The notes under the pieces are model-generated. The model worked only from the letters and a program-made list of their open reading frames with translations. It was not told the DNA's origin and did no database searches. The translations under genes were made by a program, and so were the position numbers. From NCBI GenBank assembly GCA_031962025.1, contig JAVRKW010000003.1: a stretch of 64,000 bases of DNA; one strand, 5' to 3'. Shown here piece after piece: positions 9,524 through 18,876 of this stretch (position 1 is the stretch's first letter; each line of letters starts with the position of its first letter). This DNA comes from Pseudothermotoga sp. (GTDB taxonomy: Bacteria; Thermotogota; Thermotogae; Thermotogales; DSM-5069).

Positions 9524-10954
9524 ATGATCATGAGAGCAAACAGAGTGAGACTCATAGTTGTGATTGCGGTGATTTTTGCTGCTTTTCTTGCCCTGTTGTG
9601 GCCAAGTAAGGGTCAGACTTACAAGGGTTTTGCGGCGATCTTTCAGCGTATACCACTTGGACTTGATATCAAAGGCGGAGCTCGTCTGGAATACAGAGTG
9701 GATGTACAATCAGGTGTTGAAAATCCAAGCGAAGTCGTCGACAATGTCTGGACAGTTCTGAGGAACAGGCTCGATGCCGCAGGATATACTGAAGCGACTG
9801 TGCGAAAAACTTTTAGGGAAAACAATTCTTTCATAGTGATTGAAATCCCTGCCGCGACAGATACGACAAAAGCCGAGAAATTGCTTGGCTCGACCGGTGT
9901 GATGTATTTTGGTCAGGTTCTGGAAGAGAGTCAGGTTGATCCACAAACGGATCCGAGATTGAAAGATATGGCAAAGATAAAAAAAGCCGAGTGGCTTCCC
10001 GCAAGGGATGGAAAAATATGGTACCTTGTCAGACAGGAGATAATGCTTTTGAAAGATTTGAAGTTGATTTCTCCACAGATAGTCTCGGCTAACCCTGTAC
10101 CCGAAACCCGTGCAGGAAGGTTTGGATACAAGGTTACTTTTGAGTTAGCCAGCAAAGACGCTGAAGTTTTCAAAAAGATCACACAGCAGTTAGTCGTACC
10201 GGAATCTGCCATTTCAACCGCTGCGGCAAAAGAAAAGCGCCTTGCCATAGTCCTTGACAATGTGGTGCAGTTTGCAGGTTATGTCATATCTGTCATACCA
10301 GATGGAAAGGCTGAGATAACCGGTAACTTCTCGATTGAGGAAGCAAAGCAGCTGGCAGCGATACTCAGGAGCGGAGCTCTACCGGCAAGGCTTGAAAAAG
10401 TTTCAGCCGGATGGGTGGCACCACTGCTTGGTTCGGATATCGTGAGGACTTCTCTGTGGGCTGGGATTGTTGGATTGATAATCGTGTTCATCTACATGAT
10501 TGTTGTCTATGGAATACAGGGAGTCATTGCGGACATAGCGCTGATATACAACACCATATTGCTGCTCGGTGTGCTTGCCGCGACTGGATCGATACTGACA
10601 CTGCCGGGTATTGCCGGTATAATCTTCACGATTGGAACGACTGTTGATGGAAATATCATCATCGCTGAGAGAATCAAAGAAGAATTGAGAGCTGGCAAAT
10701 CGATAAAAGCCGCAATAAACTCCGGTTTTGGCAGATGCTTCATCACTCTGTTCGATGCCAATCTCACTACCATCATTGCTGGTTTGGCTCTGTACTACTT
10801 CGGTACGGGCACCGTGAAGGGATTTGCAATTACGTTGATCATAGGTGTGCTTGGTAGCTTTTTTGTGAACATAGTCCTTTCAAGACTCTTGACAGATGCT
10901 TTTAGTTCTCTCATACGCAGACCAGTCGTTGAAGAGGGGGGAGCTCAGTCATGA
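9524..10954 (+). CDS. secD: Protein translocase subunit SecD
   Basis: LGLDIKGG, LRSGALP, LTLPGIAG...VDGNIII.ERIKEE. Confidence 0.95.
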   Translation: MIMRANRVRLIVVIAVIFAAFLALLWPSKGQTYKGFAAIFQRIPLGLDIKGGARLEYRVDVQSGVENPSEVVDNVWTVLRNRLDAAGYTEATVRKTFRENNSFIVIEIPAATDTTKAEKLLGSTGVMYFGQVLEESQVDPQTDPRLKDMAKIKKAEWLPARDGKIWYLVRQEIMLLKDLKLISPQIVSANPVPETRAGRFGYKVTFELASKDAEVFKKITQQLVVPESAISTAAAKEKRLAIVLDNVVQFAGYVISVIPDGKAEITGNFSIEEAKQLAAILRSGALPARLEKVSAGWVAPLLGSDIVRTSLWAGIVGLIIVFIYMIVVYGIQGVIADIALIYNTILLLGVLAATGSILTLPGIAGIIFTIGTTVDGNIIIAERIKEELRAGKSIKAAINSGFGRCFITLFDANLTTIIAGLALYYFGTGTVKGFAITLIIGVLGSFFVNIVLSRLLTDAFSSLIRRPVVEEGGAQS

Positions 10955-11847
10955 AGCACTTCGATTTTGTAGGCAAAAGAAAGATTTTCATATCAATCTC
11001 TGTGGTTCTGGTTGCAATAAGTCTGATCTACATTTTCACAAAAGGTTTTAACTTCGGTGTGGAGTTTCTGGGTGGCTCCGAGTTGATATTGAGAGTTGAA
11101 TCATCAAGCTTTACAGAAGCCGATGTGAGAAAGATTTTGAACGAGATATCCACTGATTTTTCATCGGCAAGAGTGACAAGGGTCAGATCTGTGGGAGATC
11201 CAGAAAACATAGCCAAATTTTCAATAACTCTTACCAAGACATTTACTGCAGAGGAGAAAGCAGATCTTCAGGCTAAGATAGAATCGAAGATTTATGAAAA
11301 AAATCTAAAGGGTCAGGTGGTCTCATTCAACGAAACCGGTGGTTCTGCTGCCGAAGAAGTCAGAAGACTCACCTGGCGTGCGGTGATAATAACACTGGTT
11401 GCGATACTCGTTTACATCACGCTGAGGTTCAATTTTGTTTTTGGTGTAGGTGCAACACTTGCTCTGGTACACGACGTCGTTGTGACAATGGGTTTCTTCT
11501 CGATTTTTAATTATGAGCTGAATGTTCCGGCTGTGGCTGCATTTTTGACGCTGATCGGCTATTCTCTGAACGACACGATAATCGTGTATGACAGAATAAA
11601 GGAAAATATGAAAAAATTCAAGGGTAAGGAGATTTCAGTTATAGTGAATGACAGTATAAACCAGGTCTTTCGAAGAACTGTTAATACTTCCCTGACGACG
11701 TTTTTTGTGGTTTTTGTGCTCCTGCTCTTTGCTGGAAATGCGATAAAACCCTTTGCTTTTGGTATGACCATTGGTACAGTGGTGGGAACGTATTCTTCCA
11801 TTTACATCGCAAGTCCGATGGTGATACGCTGGGTGAAAAACAGATGA
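10951..11847 (+). CDS. secF: Protein translocase subunit SecF
   Basis: FGVEFLGG, GYSLNDTIIVYDRIKE, GTYSSIYIA. Confidence 0.95.
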   Translation: MKHFDFVGKRKIFISISVVLVAISLIYIFTKGFNFGVEFLGGSELILRVESSSFTEADVRKILNEISTDFSSARVTRVRSVGDPENIAKFSITLTKTFTAEEKADLQAKIESKIYEKNLKGQVVSFNETGGSAAEEVRRLTWRAVIITLVAILVYITLRFNFVFGVGATLALVHDVVVTMGFFSIFNYELNVPAVAAFLTLIGYSLNDTIIVYDRIKENMKKFKGKEISVIVNDSINQVFRRTVNTSLTTFFVVFVLLLFAGNAIKPFAFGMTIGTVVGTYSSIYIASPMVIRWVKNR

Positions 11848-11848
11848 C

Positions 11849-11875
11849 AAAAAAGCCCCCGATCGGGGGCTTTTT
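11849..11875. terminator. Bidirectional Rho-independent terminator
   Basis: AAAAAAGCCCCC-GATC-GGGGGCTTTTT between convergent secF and rfbA. Confidence 0.92.
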
Positions 11876-12942
11876 CAAAATTGTATCGAACTCAGATCTC
11901 CCACAACCAGCCGTGCAGCCTTTGGAAACCCTCCGTTCTGAAAAACCTTTACACCCTTACCGAGTATAGATGAATCAATACGAGTTGTGACATTTTTGAT
12001 GTTGCTCTGATCCATGAGAATGGAATTTTCGATCTCACAGTTTTCAAGTGACACGTTGTTGCCAACGGCTGTGTACGGTCCAATATAACTGTTTGTAATA
12101 CTGCAATTGTTTCCTATGATAACAGGACCTCGAATGAGCGAACCAGTTATGATCGATCCCTGACCGATACACACTCTTCCCTGAATAGTACTGTTTTTAT
12201 CGACTTGACCATGAAGATATTCCTGTTTCATGTTGTCCAGAATCTTTCTATTTGCCTCGAGTAAATCCTCTGGTTTTCCCGTGTCTTTCCACCAGCCTGT
12301 TATTATATGTGCTTTCACAGAATAACCGTTTTTCACAAGATAGTCAATTGCATCTGTTATTTCAAGTTCTCCTCTCCAGGATGGTTTGATGTTCTCTATT
12401 GCTTTGAAAACATCTTTGCGGAACATGTACACACCAACTATTGCAAGATCGCTCGGTGGTTCCTTGGGCTTTTCGACGACGTATTTTATCTTTCCATCTT
12501 CAAGGACTGCCACACCGTAAGCTCTCGGATCCTGAACGTGTGCGAGCAAAACAACTGCGTTCTCTTGAGATCTGTCAAATTCTTCTACAGCAGGTTTAAT
12601 ATCTTCAAAGATCAAATTGTCTCCAAGTACCATTAAAAATGGATCATCTGCTATGAAATCTTTTGCCTGATAAACTGCATGGGCAATACCTTTTGGCTGT
12701 TCCTGCACGACATACTCGATTGAAAGCCCAAATTCGCTGCCATCTTTTAAAACCTCTCTGAAAAGGTCTTTATTCTCAGGGCTCACGACTATCGCTATTT
12801 GCTTAACGCCGGCATCTTTCATGAAGTCGAGTGTGTACTGAATAACAGGTCTGTTCGCCACAGGTATCAGGTGCTTTGCCGTCGTGTAGGTCAATGGCCT
12901 TAGTCTGGTACCTTTTCCAGCGCACAGTACAAGTCCTTTCAT
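11875..12942 (-). CDS. rfbA: Glucose-1-phosphate thymidylyltransferase (long form)
   Basis: AGKGTRLRPLT..AKHLIPVAN, VEKP, RGELEITD, WKDTG, C-terminal left-handed beta-helix. Confidence 0.9.
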   Translation of the reverse strand: MKGLVLCAGKGTRLRPLTYTTAKHLIPVANRPVIQYTLDFMKDAGVKQIAIVVSPENKDLFREVLKDGSEFGLSIEYVVQEQPKGIAHAVYQAKDFIADDPFLMVLGDNLIFEDIKPAVEEFDRSQENAVVLLAHVQDPRAYGVAVLEDGKIKYVVEKPKEPPSDLAIVGVYMFRKDVFKAIENIKPSWRGELEITDAIDYLVKNGYSVKAHIITGWWKDTGKPEDLLEANRKILDNMKQEYLHGQVDKNSTIQGRVCIGQGSIITGSLIRGPVIIGNNCSITNSYIGPYTAVGNNVSLENCEIENSILMDQSNIKNVTTRIDSSILGKGVKVFQNGGFPKAARLVVGDLSSIQF

Positions 12943-12954
12943 TGCATCGCCTCC

Positions 12955-14208
12955 TTATTGGTTTATTAAAAATGCGCAGGAAAGATCAAAACCAAAAAAA
13001 GGTTTATCGTCAATAAAACCAAATCTCAAACCTGTGATGAATTTTTCAGAGCGTGGCAGGAAGTTTTTGAAATCGTAAGCGATTCTGGCAGTGAGTGAGT
13101 ACTGAGATTTCACATCGCCAGTGAGCCAGTGAATGCCAGACGGCACAGTGCTGCCATGCCAGGGTTTTTCAGGTGTTCTTGTACCGTATATCAGCCCTTC
13201 ATAGACAGTGCTGATGAACCAGCTGTCATCTGAATATCCCAGACTGATCGAACAGGCTATGTTGTTTTCACCGTGCCTGTAACCAATCATGTTTTTTTCA
13301 ATTGCAAGATCTGAGTCTTCAAAGTACACGTATTCATACGGTCTGTTAGAAGTTGTTCTTTGAAAAGTAAAAGCAGTGGCACCGGCGACTTCAAAGGTCA
13401 GGGTGTAAGGTCCGCTTTTTCCCGAAAAGCCAGCCAAAAAAGCAATTTTGTCTGGGTTCTGGAAGCCTTCCGGATTTAGAAATCTGTTCATGTTGATATC
13501 ATCCACGAGAACTTCTGAATAAACCGAGTAATTGGCTGTGGAATATTTCACCCAGCCTCCGATCATTGAATTGTCATCAAGCTCAGATGTTGGATATCCC
13601 CAAGGTGCATTCAGATGCCAGAATTCCTGTATTCCCGGTGCCGGGATTGGAATGAAAAAATAGTACGGATCGAAAAACCTGTTCAAATACAGGATGCTTT
13701 CCTGATAAGCTATTTCAAAACCTTCAAATGGTGAATATATCAGTGATCTGTAGTTGAAACCCTTTGCTGGCTTGGATCCATTTTCCACAAATCTGAGACC
13801 ACCCCACAGTGTTTCAACTTTGAATTTGCTGAAAGTTGCAACAGAATGCACAGATGGGTATGAAAAGCCGTTTTCGGCGACGAAGAGTTTGTATATGTTT
13901 CCAGGTCCCACAGAGTGTTCTTTTACACCTATCTGTATGAGAAACAGGTTGTTTTTCCACTCGAAAAATCCTTCATCCCAGTACCAGTAGTTGTACCAGA
14001 GCTTATCTGCATAAGGTGGTGTTACCTGATTGTCTCTTTTAAAACCACCGCTTGCTGTGAAAGAAGCTCCCATGAATGGCACTACCACGGAAAATTTCGC
14101 AAGATCTGTTGGTTGATCAAAATCGTACTCGATCCATCCATCGAATTTAAAGGTAAAGCCAAGACAAAGTACACCTATACTGACCAGAAAAAAAGTCAAT
14201 TTTTTCAT
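12955..14208 (-). CDS. Exported protein, probable outer-membrane beta-barrel (Wzi-like)
   Basis: Signal peptide, aromatic-rich amphipathic strands, FEIAYQESILY...DNSMIG...YSEVLVDD pattern. Confidence 0.5.
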   Translation of the reverse strand: MKKLTFFLVSIGVLCLGFTFKFDGWIEYDFDQPTDLAKFSVVVPFMGASFTASGGFKRDNQVTPPYADKLWYNYWYWDEGFFEWKNNLFLIQIGVKEHSVGPGNIYKLFVAENGFSYPSVHSVATFSKFKVETLWGGLRFVENGSKPAKGFNYRSLIYSPFEGFEIAYQESILYLNRFFDPYYFFIPIPAPGIQEFWHLNAPWGYPTSELDDNSMIGGWVKYSTANYSVYSEVLVDDINMNRFLNPEGFQNPDKIAFLAGFSGKSGPYTLTFEVAGATAFTFQRTTSNRPYEYVYFEDSDLAIEKNMIGYRHGENNIACSISLGYSDDSWFISTVYEGLIYGTRTPEKPWHGSTVPSGIHWLTGDVKSQYSLTARIAYDFKNFLPRSEKFITGLRFGFIDDKPFFGFDLSCAFLINQ

Positions 14209-14228
14209 GACCCCGCCCCCAGCCGATA

Positions 14229-14936
14229 TTACCTGCTTGTCTTTGCGTACTTCACAAATCTGTCAACGTCGTTGGTGATAACACCATCTATTTTGTCTTT
14301 GATTCTTTCGTACTTTTGCAGATCATCCAGCGTCCAGATGAATATCTTCGCACCGTGTTTTTTCACCAGATCGCAAATGAGATTGAAATAATCTGGATAA
14401 TCAGCCAGCTGGTGTGGTAAGTGCATTGAGTATGGTCTGTGTTCAAGTAGCTTTTTAATCAGTTCAACTGGATTATTTTTCAGCTCTTCACCGACTAAAA
14501 AACCGAATTTCATGTGTGGATATTTTTTTATCAAATCTGCTATCAGATCGTGATGAAAAGATGAAATAACAGTTTTTTCTGCCATAGAATATTTTTCAAT
14601 CAGATCTATCGCATCCTCAGCCACTTCATGTTCTTTGAACTCGGCGTTCAAAAGTTTTCCTTTTGGAATGATTGAAAGCACCTGTTCAAAAGTCGGAATC
14701 CTTTCACCATCTTTTTCGTACTTTTCAAGTTCACTCAGGGTCAAATCACAGATCTTTGTTTTGACACCGAACAGCCTTTGAAGATCTTCGTCATGGATCA
14801 CTACGATTTTTCTGTCTGCGGTCATTCTCAGATCAAGTTCAATACCGTCTGCACCGTATTCAAAGCCTTTTTTAAAGGCTTTCAATGTGTTTTCGGGGAA
14901 TTTCGCCGAATAACCTCTGTGCGCAAAGATCACCAT
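14229..14936 (-). CDS. Glycerophosphodiester phosphodiesterase
   Basis: AHRGYS..PENT, GIELD, VIHD, WT..D, GVITND. Confidence 0.92.
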   Translation of the reverse strand: MVIFAHRGYSAKFPENTLKAFKKGFEYGADGIELDLRMTADRKIVVIHDEDLQRLFGVKTKICDLTLSELEKYEKDGERIPTFEQVLSIIPKGKLLNAEFKEHEVAEDAIDLIEKYSMAEKTVISSFHHDLIADLIKKYPHMKFGFLVGEELKNNPVELIKKLLEHRPYSMHLPHQLADYPDYFNLICDLVKKHGAKIFIWTLDDLQKYERIKDKIDGVITNDVDRFVKYAKTSR

Positions 14937-15406
14937 CTTTTCAAACCTCCTATTCTTGCAAAATTATCCATCACGTAATTTGCAAAAACCTCTGCATTGG
15001 AAGAAGACTCCACGACGAATAACCAGACATCCTTCCACCAGGCGACGATATACTTGCCGTCTTTTTTCGTGCTGTACAGACCGCTGGTTGGAAAGTCCAG
15101 ATACGTCCTTGAACTCCAGGCACCAAACTCCTTAACGATTTTCTTCCATGCATCTTTTGCAGATCCATCGTAGAACTTAAAACCGTAGAGTAAGTAATTT
15201 GTTTTGTCTTTCAAATAACCTGCCACAACACCCTTTTGGTTTACAGCTCCATAACCGTCTATTTGTTCTAAGAAAACCATCGTATAACCATCCTGAACAG
15301 ACCTAACAGCCGATGTGAGAGAATACGCACTTGGCGGTACATAAACTGGTCTGAGCATACAGCCGGTTAAGAGAAAGATGAGCAGAACTGTTATTAGCTT
15401 TTTCAT
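14930..15406 (-). CDS. Lipoprotein of unknown function (DUF3242-like)
   Basis: Lipobox LLTGC; overlaps neighbours as in an operon. Confidence 0.65.
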   Translation of the reverse strand: MKKLITVLLIFLLTGCMLRPVYVPPSAYSLTSAVRSVQDGYTMVFLEQIDGYGAVNQKGVVAGYLKDKTNYLLYGFKFYDGSAKDAWKKIVKEFGAWSSRTYLDFPTSGLYSTKKDGKYIVAWWKDVWLFVVESSSNAEVFANYVMDNFARIGGLKRW

Positions 15407-16005
15407 GCTAAAACCTCCCGAAGAAAGACATTTTTCTCAAGGACATCTGCAACAGTACCACACTGCATGTGTCCTGGTAACACCATAGAATCCGGGTCAG
15501 CCTGTTTGAAAAGAACTGACAGCTTTTTCAGGCTTTCCACCATGGAACTTTCACTGGACTCAGGAAAATCAGTCCTTCCTATGCTGTCAATGAAAATTGT
15601 ATCACCGGTGAAGAATACCTTCTCTGTCACAAGAACGACAGAGCCAGCCGTATGGCCCGGCGTTTCGATTATACGAAAATGCCAGTCTCCTATGTCCAGT
15701 TTATCAGAGAATGTTTCGCACTCACCCTGATAACAGTAGCTGTTTCCAAAAAGGTGAGATTTATTCATCACTGGGTCACAAAGCCCAACCAAATCTGGTT
15801 TTGATATGTACACCTTTAAAGGCTTTAGTTTCTTCAGACCGCAGATGTGATCAAAGTGCATATGTGTAAGAAGTACTATACATTCCTGATCGATGATCTT
15901 CTCAATACCATAACCCGGATCTATCACTATGGGTGGGTCGTTTTGCAGAACATAGGTATTTGTGCCAATTGGGCCTGTCAGAATGTGTGTTACACGGTTT
16001 ATCAC
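15403..16005 (-). CDS. MBL-fold metallo-hydrolase (glyoxalase II-like)
   Basis: THMHFDH, TPGHT, FTGDT, PGH; GTG start after AGGAG. Confidence 0.88.
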   Translation of the reverse strand: MINRVTHILTGPIGTNTYVLQNDPPIVIDPGYGIEKIIDQECIVLLTHMHFDHICGLKKLKPLKVYISKPDLVGLCDPVMNKSHLFGNSYCYQGECETFSDKLDIGDWHFRIIETPGHTAGSVVLVTEKVFFTGDTIFIDSIGRTDFPESSESSMVESLKKLSVLFKQADPDSMVLPGHMQCGTVADVLEKNVFLREVLA

Positions 16006-16032
16006 GATCATCACTCCTGTATAATCATCTTG

Positions 16033-16917
16033 ATGAAGTACGCAGTGCTTCTGTTTTTAATGATATCATGCTCGATCTTAGCCCAAAAAGTCGTATTTAC
16101 TCCGCTCAACTCTTCTGCTCTCATTGCGGATATCATCGATGGTGCACAATTAACTGTCTCGGTTTGCAGCTTTTCCATAGACGAACCAAAGATAGTCCTT
16201 GCCCTTGAAAATGCCGTTAAAAGAGGTGTGAAGGTAAGGATAATCTGTGAGACACCGTTCACAGACAGTTATATACCTGTGAGAATAGATGCTGAGAGCT
16301 CTTTGTTTCACATGAAGCTGATAGTGGTTGATGAAAAAACATTGATCATTGGCTCGGCGAATTTCACCACTCACAGCCTGTTTAACTCATTCAACGACAT
16401 CCTTGTTGTTGAAGATTCAGCCATTGGAGCCATTTTCGAGAGATTTTTCGATGATCTGTGGGAAGGTTACGAAAGAAATATCGAAGTGATGATTGGAAAA
16501 ATTCTCATGAAAAACTTTCAAATAGAACAAACCGTGCTTGAACAATTGGGTAAAACGAATAAAACGCTGGATGTGGCTATGTACGCACTGACTCACCCCC
16601 AGGTATGGGCTGCCATCAAGATACTTTCAAGTAGAGGTGTGCGTGTGAGAATCTTACTGGACGAGTGGTTTTTCAAGAACTCAAATCTGTCGAAGTTGCC
16701 ATTCAGCGGTGTTGAACTGAAGGTGGTACGCGGCTTTACATTGCACAGCAAGTTGTTTATAATCGATGGGCGAACGGTTTTGACCGGTTCTGCGAACGCA
16801 ACAAAGAGTGGATACACCAGTAACTCAGAGATGTTGATAGTAGTGCGCGATAGACAGTTGTGCAAAGAGTACGTGCAGTATTTTGAACGCATCTGGATGG
16901 AGGGAGAAAAACCTTGA
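16033..16917 (+). CDS. Exported phospholipase D-family protein with two HKD motifs
   Basis: HMKLIVVD...GSAN and HSKLFIID...GSAN; signal peptide from ATG 16033. Confidence 0.85.
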   Translation: MKYAVLLFLMISCSILAQKVVFTPLNSSALIADIIDGAQLTVSVCSFSIDEPKIVLALENAVKRGVKVRIICETPFTDSYIPVRIDAESSLFHMKLIVVDEKTLIIGSANFTTHSLFNSFNDILVVEDSAIGAIFERFFDDLWEGYERNIEVMIGKILMKNFQIEQTVLEQLGKTNKTLDVAMYALTHPQVWAAIKILSSRGVRVRILLDEWFFKNSNLSKLPFSGVELKVVRGFTLHSKLFIIDGRTVLTGSANATKSGYTSNSEMLIVVRDRQLCKEYVQYFERIWMEGEKP

Positions 16918-17717
16918 AGATATTCGTTTTTGACCTGGACGGGACGATTTTACAGGACAGCCACGATATTCATCCAAAGAATCTTGAAGCAATTGAAAAA
17001 TTGATGGAAATTGGGAAAGAAATCGTTTTTGCAAGCGGTCGGATGCTGCCGTCGATTGTGAAATTGCTCAAAAGATATTTTTCAGAGCAGTTTCCACTGA
17101 TAGCTTACAACGGTTCAGTTGCGTGGCTGCCAGAGTCTGGCAGGATACTGGATGTAAAAATAGATCCTCTGACAGCCAAAAAGGTCGTAACGGTCCTCAG
17201 AGAAATGAAGATTCACAGACAGGCTTATGTTGATGACAAACTGGTTGTTGAAGAAGAAAACGATCATGCAAAAGCGTACAGCGAACACTCACAGATTGAA
17301 CTCACCGTCGTTCCAGATCTGGCAGAGTTTGTCAGCCAAAAAGGTGCAACGAAATTGCTCGCGATAGATGAGCCACAAAGGCTCGATTCTGTGATAAATC
17401 ATCTAAGACAAATCTTCCCTGAACTTGCGATCTTCAAATCCTTTGCCAATTATCTTGATTTTGTCCCTGCACAGGTTGACAAAGGCAGAGCACTCAAACT
17501 GATAGCAGAGCACAAAAAGTGGGACCTGAAGGATGCCGTTGCCTTTGGAGACAACGACAACGATATTCCACTTTTGAAAGCTGCCGGCTTGAAAGTTGCC
17601 GTTAGAAATGGTACCGATGCATTGAAGGAGGTCGCAGATGTTGTTGTTGAAGAAAATACAAAAGGTGGTCCTGGTATTTTTATTCTTGACATGCTCCAGC
17701 GTGGCATTATCAGTTGA
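16914..17717 (+). CDS. Cof-type HAD-IIB hydrolase
   Basis: FDLDGT, ASGR, K, AFGDNDND. Confidence 0.92.
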   Translation: MKIFVFDLDGTILQDSHDIHPKNLEAIEKLMEIGKEIVFASGRMLPSIVKLLKRYFSEQFPLIAYNGSVAWLPESGRILDVKIDPLTAKKVVTVLREMKIHRQAYVDDKLVVEEENDHAKAYSEHSQIELTVVPDLAEFVSQKGATKLLAIDEPQRLDSVINHLRQIFPELAIFKSFANYLDFVPAQVDKGRALKLIAEHKKWDLKDAVAFGDNDNDIPLLKAAGLKVAVRNGTDALKEVADVVVEENTKGGPGIFILDMLQRGIIS

Positions 17718-18420
17718 GATTTTCTTTGAATTGAAAAATGCGACGGAAGATTCTGTTCTGGTAGTACCGCTTCAAAAATTGGTAAAGGACGTCAGCTTAC
17801 TCTCGCTTGGATGTAATCAAAACCTTGAAATGGCACGGGAAGCTGGTTTTGCAGCCGGTATGGTTGCACGCTCTTATGGCTTTGAATACGTCGTATTTGG
17901 AACGCTCGATACACTTGACGAGTCCGATCAGGAACCACTCAACAGGATCTCTCGTTCCGCATTCATAACAGCTCAGATTCTTACTTACATCGGTGAGGGT
18001 TTGTTCAACAGCGGTGTTGTACCGATCTTGAATGGTTTGAACAGGGTTGATCCTGATGTTGTGAGATCTTTGATAAATAGAAAAGTCATACTCCCTGTTT
18101 TTGTGGAAGACGAATCAAAGATGGAAAAACTCAAGCAACTTGGGTACGAAGCGGTGTGCATCTTCATGGACGGCACAGTAAAAGGAAGACTGCCAAAAAA
18201 CAAACTGGATCTAAAGGTGGATCTGTCGGGAGTTGAGAATATTCGCAGGCGGGTACTCGAAGGTGCTGTGGTGCTGCTGAACAGATCTGAAAAGGTCGTT
18301 AATGTAAATGAGCCATTTGCCAGAACAGGAGTTTTGATTTTTTCAGATGAAGATTGGCTGGTCAAAATTGCAAAAGAAGTTCTTGAATCAAATAGATCTT
18401 CAACTGGCAGAATTCCTTGA
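17638..18420 (+). CDS. Exported hypothetical protein with degenerate GH3-N-like fold
   Basis: SD AGGAGG, signal peptide; segments resemble GH3 N-domain but catalytic motifs absent. Confidence 0.6.
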   Translation: MLLLKKIQKVVLVFLFLTCSSVALSVEIFFELKNATEDSVLVVPLQKLVKDVSLLSLGCNQNLEMAREAGFAAGMVARSYGFEYVVFGTLDTLDESDQEPLNRISRSAFITAQILTYIGEGLFNSGVVPILNGLNRVDPDVVRSLINRKVILPVFVEDESKMEKLKQLGYEAVCIFMDGTVKGRLPKNKLDLKVDLSGVENIRRRVLEGAVVLLNRSEKVVNVNEPFARTGVLIFSDEDWLVKIAKEVLESNRSSTGRIP

Positions 18421-18876
18421 GATCAAACACACGGCGATGGCTGAGACACCTTCTTTTGATTCAAAACCGAGCTGATTGGAGCTCTTGAATTTGATTGAAA
18501 TACATTCGGCTGGTATTTGCATGGCTTTTGATAGATTGCTGATCATCTGTGCTCTGTAATCTGAAAGCTTTGTAACACCACAGATTATCGTCGCATCTAT
18601 GTTGACGATCTCCCAATTTTTTTCTTTCAACAAATCGACGGTTTTCACAAGCATCTGTAAGCTCGAAGCATTTTTCCATTCATCTGTTTGGGGAAAATGT
18701 GTACCTATATCCTGCAAAGAAGATGCTCCAAGCAAAGAATCGATTATCGCATGACACAGTACATCCGCATCTGAATGTCCATCAAGACCCAGTGGGAAGT
18801 CTATTTCAACTCCACCCAAGATGAACTTTCTATTTTCTTTCAAAGGATGTCTGTCGGTACCCAGTCCGACTCTCAT
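18400..18876 (-). CDS. ispF: 2-C-methyl-D-erythritol 2,4-cyclodiphosphate synthase
   Basis: RVGLGTDRH, GHSDADVLCHAIIDSLLGA, DIG.HFP. Confidence 0.95.
   Translation of the reverse strand: MRVGLGTDRHPLKENRKFILGGVEIDFPLGLDGHSDADVLCHAIIDSLLGASSLQDIGTHFPQTDEWKNASSLQMLVKTVDLLKEKNWEIVNIDATIICGVTKLSDYRAQMISNLSKAMQIPAECISIKFKSSNQLGFESKEGVSAIAVCLISRNSAS

Noticed and set aside
15847..16032. N-terminal extension of the PLD ORF
   Set aside because: Overlaps the MBL gene on the opposite strand; the signal peptide begins at ATG 16033
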